Shown here: positions 57,473 to 64,000 of the stretch, piece after piece
Layout: the number at the start of each line of letters is the position of its first letter
How positions within the stretch are numbered: the stretch's first letter is position 1
Assembly: GCA_964532005.1 (NCBI GenBank)
Contig: CAZHER010000003.1
Coordinates: forward strand, 21,399-85,398
Reading direction: 5' to 3'
DNA: 64,000 bases
Origin: an uncultured Candidatus Saccharibacteria bacterium
GTDB lineage: Bacteria > Patescibacteriota > Doudnabacteria > UBA920
Position numbers and translations under genes: made by a program
The notes under the pieces: generated by a model
Database searches by the model: none
What the model was told of the DNA's origin: nothing
The model's input: the letters and a program-made list of their open reading frames with translations, nothing else

Positions 57473-58969
57473 TTATTGGATTCCCGCTTGAGTCAATTCA
57501 TGAGGTCCTGCTGTAATTCCACCTACTGTGCCCCCAAGACAGAATGTGAGCCGGTATTCTCCAGGTCCATAATAAGCGTATCTGTACTGGTTTTGCTCAG
57601 ATGTGCAGGTTCCTCCCGGTGGTTCCGGTGCTGTTGGTACTGTTCCTAAATAAAGATCAGCAAGATCATTTAGTGATCCTGGATAAGATGATTTATCATT
57701 GTAGTAAAGCTCCAGTGCTGATGCGATTTGTCTTACGTCAGCTAATCGTTTTGCGTCTGCTGCCTTACCTAGCGCATCTCCAAGAAGATCGAAAGCGCCT
57801 TGGGGTTCTGAAATCACTTTCTTTTGTCCGTAATCACTGTAGGTGGCATCAAGCCTAAAAGTACCAGTAAATTTTATTTTATCCATAAATGTTTCCATCT
57901 CTTTTTTTTGTTTTGCTATTGAGTTCACATCAGCCGTGCTGAAGTCTCCAAATTCTTCAGAGAACAGTTTTATTATTGAAACAAAGGAAGGTGCATTGCT
58001 AACCAAATGCATTTTATAGAGATTATAGTCTTCAGAACCCACCCACACATCTAGTTCTTTAACTTCAATTTTACTCAATAGTTTAGCAAAAAAAGCGTCT
58101 ACTAGTTCTTTGTCGTCATCAGACCACGATACATTCTCATCAAGAGAGGCAAGACCCATTAAGCTTTCCATTAATGCTTTTTTTGTCGCTTCTTTGTCTA
58201 GTTCTGCTTTGAAGTGGAGTGTTCTGGCATCATTGACTTTATCCCTACCAACATACTTTTTGATTTTGATTGCCCTGTTATCTAACCATATCTGCCGCAT
58301 TTTTTCCTCGAAAGCAGGATCAATAATTTTTTTGAACAGTTCAGCATCGGCGCTGGACTGGTCCGCAGCAGCTTTATCAATATCAACCATCACCCATTCA
58401 ACATCTTTATTCTCTGGACCTGCTATTCCGCTCAAGAACGGTATGTCACCCACTTTGTAGAAAATCTTTTTGTTTAAAGATCGAAATTCAACACCGCTTG
58501 AAAAGCTTGTATTGCCACTAGAAACGCTAAAATTTAAGTTGCCGTCAAATTCAGGGCTTGTCGTATCGGTAAAATCGGCGTATGTGTCTCCATCAATGTT
58601 CAATTTAATGTTTTTCAGTACTATACCCAGATCGTTATTTGGGTCTTCGTATGATTCAGGATCTGTGTATTCCATTGAAAATTTCGCATTGTACATTTTT
58701 TCATCAGACTCTCCAGTGTAAAACCTGTCCCAGATTTTGCTGGGTGACAACACACTCAGACCTTTAACTGAGTATCCTTGAGAGTAGCTACCGTACCCAA
58801 CAGCACCCAAAATTACAAGCAAGCCTACCAAGCCACCGATTATTTTATATTTTGTTCTATTTTTGCTTGGTTCAGGGTTCGGATTGAGTTCAGGACTAAT
58901 TTCTATCCCTGGTTTTACCTCATTAACCTCAATACTAGGTGTGGGAGGGTATAATTCATTTTCGTTCAT
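57473..58969 (-). CDS. Membrane-anchored beta-rich (LppX/LolA-like) protein with a C-terminal pilin/GspG-like module
   Basis: TM helix; beta-rich body (W...D, DVWVG..D..L.K); C-terminal DAKRLADVRQIASALELYYND...YP...C...Y.Y...Y.LTFCL. Confidence 0.72.
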   Translation of the reverse strand: MNENELYPPTPSIEVNEVKPGIEISPELNPNPEPSKNRTKYKIIGGLVGLLVILGAVGYGSYSQGYSVKGLSVLSPSKIWDRFYTGESDEKMYNAKFSMEYTDPESYEDPNNDLGIVLKNIKLNIDGDTYADFTDTTSPEFDGNLNFSVSSGNTSFSSGVEFRSLNKKIFYKVGDIPFLSGIAGPENKDVEWVMVDIDKAAADQSSADAELFKKIIDPAFEEKMRQIWLDNRAIKIKKYVGRDKVNDARTLHFKAELDKEATKKALMESLMGLASLDENVSWSDDDKELVDAFFAKLLSKIEVKELDVWVGSEDYNLYKMHLVSNAPSFVSIIKLFSEEFGDFSTADVNSIAKQKKEMETFMDKIKFTGTFRLDATYSDYGQKKVISEPQGAFDLLGDALGKAADAKRLADVRQIASALELYYNDKSSYPGSLNDLADLYLGTVPTAPEPPGGTCTSEQNQYRYAYYGPGEYRLTFCLGGTVGGITAGPHELTQAGIQ

Positions 58970-58982
58970 AAATTTGGCTTAA

Positions 58983-59936
58983 TTATAGGTTAATAAATTT
59001 TTTATACTTTATTTTACTGACTTCTGAATTATACCATTTTATAAAAGCAGATTCATTAGCTTTAGAGTCAATTTTTCCTAAATTAAACAAAATACTTTGA
59101 AAATGGACGCTACCAGATTCTAAGTCGTCTTGCTTTATGGAAAGTATTCTTATGATATAAACCCCAAATCTGGTAGGAACAGTAATTGTCTTTCCAGGTT
59201 CTGTATTTAATATTATCTCCTTAAGTTCCGGGGCAAGGTTGTTGATAGGTATCTGGCCACTATCGCCGCCAAATTGTCGTGTAGCAGGGTCTTCTGAATA
59301 TGTTCTTGCTAGCTCTTCAAAGGGTACACCCTTTTTTAACTTTGATTCTACTACTTCTAGTGTCTCGTATAGCTTCGGATTAAGCCCTTTGTCTTTATAA
59401 AATGCTATTGCTAGTTTTACTTTTAACAGATCTGGCTCCAAAGCCTTTTGCTTAAAATATTCAGGAGAGAATTGATATTTTTCTTGTAATAAATTTTGAA
59501 AGTTTTCTTGTCCGCCTTCTTGTTCAGCGATTCTAGCGTATTCTTTATCCACTTCATCAGTTGACATAGATAGGTTTTTGGCTTCGGCTAGTATTATTAG
59601 TTTTTCTACTTCCGCTAACCTGTCCAAAATATCTATTTTTGCCTGTGCAGTATCGAAACTCTTATCTTCCCCATAAATTTGCACCGCCATGTCATATCTT
59701 GAAAAAAGTTCGCGACCACCGATATAATGACTGCCTACTTTGGCAACCGGCAGATTTGTTTTATTGAATATTGCAATTTTTGACTTTGAAGCCGGAGAGC
59801 TATACAACCAAAATCCGAAAGAAATACCCACCGCTATCACTAGAAGAAAAACTCCTCCGATAATCGGCAGTCGGTTTATAATCAGCCAGTGTTTGGCAAC
59901 TGGCTTTTCAGTTTTTGATTTAACACTTTTGACCAT
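58983..59936 (-). CDS. PrsA/SurA-like foldase (PpiC-type PPIase)
   Basis: SurA-like N domain; FEELA..YSED...GGD.G and TRFG..I motifs. Confidence 0.88.
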   Translation of the reverse strand: MVKSVKSKTEKPVAKHWLIINRLPIIGGVFLLVIAVGISFGFWLYSSPASKSKIAIFNKTNLPVAKVGSHYIGGRELFSRYDMAVQIYGEDKSFDTAQAKIDILDRLAEVEKLIILAEAKNLSMSTDEVDKEYARIAEQEGGQENFQNLLQEKYQFSPEYFKQKALEPDLLKVKLAIAFYKDKGLNPKLYETLEVVESKLKKGVPFEELARTYSEDPATRQFGGDSGQIPINNLAPELKEIILNTEPGKTITVPTRFGVYIIRILSIKQDDLESGSVHFQSILFNLGKIDSKANESAFIKWYNSEVSKIKYKKFINL

Positions 59937-59951
59937 TATATATAGCTGTAA

Positions 59952-60341
59952 TTAATTTTGCTTAGAAAAAAAATATTTCCACCATTTTTGAGGGTTAGTT
60001 TCAGGATCAGGTCTGGTATCCTCAGGAGACGGAGCTGTTATTGCCGGCGGGAAATTTACAACAATCTCTCCTTCTTTTTTTAGGTTTAGTTGCTGTCTTG
60101 CAATTTTTTCCCTGTATTCATCATTGTTTAAATATTCCAGCGAATCTTTTAAAGCTTGATTTTTTTCGATAAGCTCCTGCTCCTGTTTTTGAAGCTCAGC
60201 AATTTCCTTATTATATTTAGCACGCTTGTTTAATTGCTTAAATTCTAAATACCCTATAGAAACAACCAAAACCAACAAAATGGCAATAACCATTTTCGAA
60301 AACAGAAGTTTTTTAAATTTTGATTGTGTTTTGGAGGCCAT
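59952..60341 (-). CDS. Septum formation initiator (FtsB/DivIC family)
   Basis: TM helix, coiled coil, EKIAR..L.L.K.GE motif. Confidence 0.9.
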   Translation of the reverse strand: MASKTQSKFKKLLFSKMVIAILLVLVVSIGYLEFKQLNKRAKYNKEIAELQKQEQELIEKNQALKDSLEYLNNDEYREKIARQQLNLKKEGEIVVNFPPAITAPSPEDTRPDPETNPQKWWKYFFSKQN

Positions 60342-60355
60342 ATATTAATTATTAA

Positions 60356-62152
60356 CTACTTTCGCAATACTGCCAAGAACGCTTCTTGTGGAATATCTAC
60401 TTTACCTATTTTCTTCATCTTCTTTTTACCAGCTTTTTGTTTGTTCAACAGCTTCATTTTTCTGGTAACATCTCCTCCATAAAGGTATCCAGTTACGTCC
60501 TTGCGCAATGCAGATATGGTCTCACGGGCAATAATTTTGCTACCTATTGCAGCTTGAATCGCAATTTCAAATTGTTGTTTCGGTATCAGAGTTTTGAGTT
60601 TAGCTACTAGATCCCTTGCATTTGTATCAGCAGTAATTCTATGTTGTATTGCTGCCAGGGCTTCTACTTTTTCTCCACCTATGAGCACATCAATTTTTAC
60701 CAGATCTCCTTTTCTTAGCTCAATGAACTCGTAATTCAGTGAGGCGTACCCTGAAGAGACGCTTTTCAACTTATCATAAAAATCAACAATAATATTTGCT
60801 AGAGGCATTTCAAACATCATTTCCACACGGTCACTGCCCAGATAATTAATCCCAAGACTTATTCCTCTACGATTAGTAACTATCTCCATGATCGAACCTA
60901 TATAGTCAGTTGGGGTTAGAATTGCAACTTTCATCCACGGCTCTTGAATTTCCTCCACCAGTGTTGGATCAGGTAGTTGTGAAGGGTTGGTGATTGAAAA
61001 CGATTCACCATTTGTTTTGATTATTCTATATGCAACACTGGGGGATGTCAGGATTAAGTCTAAATTATATTCTCGAGACAATCTCTCTTGAACAATATCC
61101 ATATGCAGTAGACCTAAAAAGCCGCAGCGAAAACCAAAACCTATACTAGGAATATTTTCCGGCTCATAAATAAGGGCCGCGTCATTTAGTTTTAGTTTTT
61201 CCATAGCATCTCTTAACAGAGGGTAGTCATCGCCGGAAATCGGAAATATACCCGCATAAACCATAGGTTTTACTTCCATGTAACCAGGCAAAGGAGTGAC
61301 TTTGGATTTTTCATTTATAAGTGTTACTGTGTCCCCAACTCTAGCTTTGCTAACATCCCTTAATCCAGTCACTATATAACCAGTCGATCCACAGGGAAGT
61401 TCATTACTTTTTTCCATTTTAGGTTTAAAATATCCAATTTCCAGGGTTTCTGCTTGGGTATTGCTTCCAGGCATGTATATTTTGTCTCCGGATTTGATCG
61501 TGCCGTCTACAATACGCACAAACGTGATAACCCCTCTGTGAATATCATAGATCGAGTCAAAAATAAGAGCTCTGGTGGGCTTATTACTTGCACCCTTCGG
61601 TGCCGGAACCTTTTCTATAACAGCTTTTATGAGCCCTTCAACGCCCTCCCCCGTTTTGCCCGATGTGTAAATAATTTCATCTTCAGAAAAACCAAAAACT
61701 TTAATCAGTTCATCGGCTGTCTTTTTGCGGTCCGAATTAGGTAGGTCTATTTTATTTACAACCGGTATTAGTTTTAGGTTATGCTCAACTGCTAAATATG
61801 CATTAGCCAAAGTTTGTGCTTCTATCCCCTGGGTGCTATCAACTACCAATACAGCCCCTTCACAAGCAGCAAGACTGCGCGATACCTCATAACTAAAGTC
61901 TACGTGACCTGGCGTGTCTATAAGATTTAATGTATAGTCTTTACCCCCCATTTTGTAATTCATTCTAACCGGTTGGAGTTTAATTGTTATACCTCTTTCG
62001 CGTTCCAAATCCATTTGGTCAAGTAGTTGGTCTTTCATTTCCCGTTTGGTTACGGTGTTTGTGATTTCCAAAAGTCGGTCAGCAAGAGTGCTTTTACCGT
62101 GGTCTATGTGAGCAATAATACAAAAATTCCTGATTTGTTCTTGTTGTGTCAT
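60356..62152 (-). CDS. lepA: Elongation factor 4 (LepA)
   Basis: IRNF.IIAHIDHGKSTLADR, GFRCGFLGLLH and YGGD.TRK motifs. Confidence 0.98.
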   Translation of the reverse strand: MTQQEQIRNFCIIAHIDHGKSTLADRLLEITNTVTKREMKDQLLDQMDLERERGITIKLQPVRMNYKMGGKDYTLNLIDTPGHVDFSYEVSRSLAACEGAVLVVDSTQGIEAQTLANAYLAVEHNLKLIPVVNKIDLPNSDRKKTADELIKVFGFSEDEIIYTSGKTGEGVEGLIKAVIEKVPAPKGASNKPTRALIFDSIYDIHRGVITFVRIVDGTIKSGDKIYMPGSNTQAETLEIGYFKPKMEKSNELPCGSTGYIVTGLRDVSKARVGDTVTLINEKSKVTPLPGYMEVKPMVYAGIFPISGDDYPLLRDAMEKLKLNDAALIYEPENIPSIGFGFRCGFLGLLHMDIVQERLSREYNLDLILTSPSVAYRIIKTNGESFSITNPSQLPDPTLVEEIQEPWMKVAILTPTDYIGSIMEIVTNRRGISLGINYLGSDRVEMMFEMPLANIIVDFYDKLKSVSSGYASLNYEFIELRKGDLVKIDVLIGGEKVEALAAIQHRITADTNARDLVAKLKTLIPKQQFEIAIQAAIGSKIIARETISALRKDVTGYLYGGDVTRKMKLLNKQKAGKKKMKKIGKVDIPQEAFLAVLRK

Positions 62153-62156
62153 AAAG

Positions 62157-63779
62157 TTATTGTACCGACTGACTCTTAAATTTTTTAACCAAGTTCCTCA
62201 TTAACAACTCAAATGTTTTAATTTGTCTTAGACCCAAAATTCGTCCTGTAATTGCAAAAAACAATAATCCTAAAGTAGCAGCGAGCCCGGCCTGAATGAA
62301 AATTCCCAAAATAGTGTGTGTATCTACGAAAGGAGCCACTATTTGTAGAACGCCATAACTCACTATACCAAGCGGTATGCTACTTACACTGGCTTTGAAA
62401 ACCGTATTAATGATACCTGTGTCAAAATCTTTGACAGCGGCTTTAGGTATATTAGGGTCTTTGGAGAAATGGTGATGTATCCAAATTAGCAAAACCATGC
62501 AGTTGAAAATACTGGCAGCAGCAAAACCGATTGCCAATCCAGCAACTCCTATCCGCGAAGCTAGGACATAGGATAGGCACGCATTTAGCACTAGACTAGC
62601 GAGACTTGCAACTACCGGTATCCAGGTATTATAGCGGGCATAGAAGGACCGCGCCAGCAGTGGAATAAGTGATTGACTGAATAGAGCAAAGCTAAATATA
62701 CCTAGCGCTGTGAAGGTCAGCCTTGTATCATCCCAGCTAAATTGCCCGTATCCGTAGGCTAAACGAACTATATATGCCCGGAAAAGTAGCATCATTACAG
62801 TAAATGGAATTGCAAAAAACAATACCTGTTCCATACTTTGTTGCAAAGTTTTTACAAATTCACTATCTTTTCCTGTATTGTGCAGTTCCGTGAGTAAGGG
62901 AAATGCAGCAATGGCAGCTGATACAGCAAAAATTCCTACAGGAAAAGCCAAAAGATCATTAGCCAGGTTAAACACACTAATAGATCCAGCGGCCAAATAG
63001 GAACCAATTACTGATACAACTATAAGGCTGACAAATGATGTATCTAGTCCAAAAACTCTCGGTAAAATAAGTTTGAATATTTTTTGTACTCCATAATGCT
63101 TCCATGGCAAAATAGGCTGCCAAGAGTACCCCTGCCGCCTCAGTTCCGGAATCTGGACCATACTATGCATTAGTGCCCCCAACAATACACCAATACCAAG
63201 ACCGGTTAAACCATACCTTGGATACAGTACTAATAATCCAAACAGTATTCCTGCATTGTAGAATATGGGTGCAATGTTTACTATAAAAAATCTTTTATAA
63301 GTTGAAAGAATACCAGTGAAAATGTTGGATATAGTGAACAGTAGAGGAGAAATGAGCAAGATTCTGGTTAGAGAGGCTGTGGCTTCAAGCTTTTCCGGAC
63401 TGAATCCTGGCACCAGAAGTTCAGTCAGTGGCCTGACAAATATGAATAATAAAATTACCAACAGCCCCATAACCACCAAGCAAATATTCAAAATTCCATT
63501 TGCAACCCTGTATGCCTCAGTTTTATCTTTTCTAAGGAAATCTCCGAATACTGGAATAAAAGCAGCGCTTAAAGTCCCCAATATTAGAAAGTTATACAAA
63601 ATGTCCGGTATGCGAAAAGCTGTCAGGTATATATCCAAGGTGTCGCCTGCGCCGAAAGTTTTTGTCAAAAACAGTTTTAAGACAAACCCTGATAGTCGGG
63701 AAATAATCGTGAGGCCTGCAATTATTGCAGTGGCTTTGCCAATAGAAAAATTGTCGTCTAAAATCCTAAGCTTAAACAT
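62157..63779 (-). CDS. murJ: Lipid II flippase MurJ (MviN)
   Basis: SR..G, AFRIPD, AFIPVF and LARSFYA motifs; many TM helices. Confidence 0.95.
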   Translation of the reverse strand: MFKLRILDDNFSIGKATAIIAGLTIISRLSGFVLKLFLTKTFGAGDTLDIYLTAFRIPDILYNFLILGTLSAAFIPVFGDFLRKDKTEAYRVANGILNICLVVMGLLVILLFIFVRPLTELLVPGFSPEKLEATASLTRILLISPLLFTISNIFTGILSTYKRFFIVNIAPIFYNAGILFGLLVLYPRYGLTGLGIGVLLGALMHSMVQIPELRRQGYSWQPILPWKHYGVQKIFKLILPRVFGLDTSFVSLIVVSVIGSYLAAGSISVFNLANDLLAFPVGIFAVSAAIAAFPLLTELHNTGKDSEFVKTLQQSMEQVLFFAIPFTVMMLLFRAYIVRLAYGYGQFSWDDTRLTFTALGIFSFALFSQSLIPLLARSFYARYNTWIPVVASLASLVLNACLSYVLASRIGVAGLAIGFAAASIFNCMVLLIWIHHHFSKDPNIPKAAVKDFDTGIINTVFKASVSSIPLGIVSYGVLQIVAPFVDTHTILGIFIQAGLAATLGLLFFAITGRILGLRQIKTFELLMRNLVKKFKSQSVQ

Positions 63780-63782
63780 GAA

Positions 63783-64000
63783 TTATTTTTGTTCTAATAT
63801 TATTCCCACAAACTGGTCGAATTCCGTATCAAATTTGTAGACCACAGAATCATTTACACTTTGTAAATTTTTGTTATTCCAATAAAGTCGTCTGTCCGCG
63901 TGCTTCAGTTGGTATGTAATTTGATAAGGAGGCACTCCGGGCTGTCGCTGGAATAAGAGGCTATGCTTGTCTATTGAGTTCAACAGAAATGGAAGTTTGT
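63783..64000 (-). CDS. C-terminal fragment of an upstream gene, possibly a DUF4012-type protein
   Basis: Frame is open to the window edge (KLPFLLNSIDKHSLLFQRQPG...); Q[KR]QPG recalls the C-terminus of CPR DUF4012 proteins. Confidence 0.5.
   Translation of the reverse strand, partial: KLPFLLNSIDKHSLLFQRQPGVPPYQITYQLKHADRRLYWNNKNLQSVNDSVVYKFDTEFDQFVGIILEQK

Overview
AT-rich chromosomal segment of a Patescibacteria (CPR) bacterium, probably Parcubacteria/Doudnabacteria-like. The taxonomy is inferred from gene style: CPR-type pilins, short AtpH, tightly packed core genes mostly without Shine-Dalgarno motifs, and translation table 11 with TGA stops and an intact RF2. Most of the window is housekeeping: def, gltX, rpmA, pyrG, rplI, ftsEX, prfB, a dcd-kinase-tmk-thyA-folA thymidylate operon, secE-nusG-rplK-rplA, gyrB, a UvrD-nuclease, rmuC, Hsp20 with a perfect CIRCE, five tRNAs, a full F1Fo ATP synthase operon, lepA and murJ. 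Main points of interest: (1) An array at 4.4-10.1 kb of CPR-type pilins fused to different cell-wall-hydrolase-like domains (SLT and two C39-like). Two genes share an identical 423-bp pilin module but have unrelated signal peptides and C-termini, which suggests a recombination-shuffled, polymorphic pilus-borne effector system. (2) A quasi-palindromic Xer/dif-like site at 11899-11926, close to where gene orientation flips from + to -. (3) A single-chain, mitochondrial-type PheRS next to a stand-alone PheT B2 domain. (4) An SPFH gene inserted between rplK and rplA, each of which has its own GUGG...CCAC leader. (5) Self-contained orphan cassettes (consensus promoter, SD, terminator), several apparently decaying. 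All calls come from reading the sequence; no searches were run.
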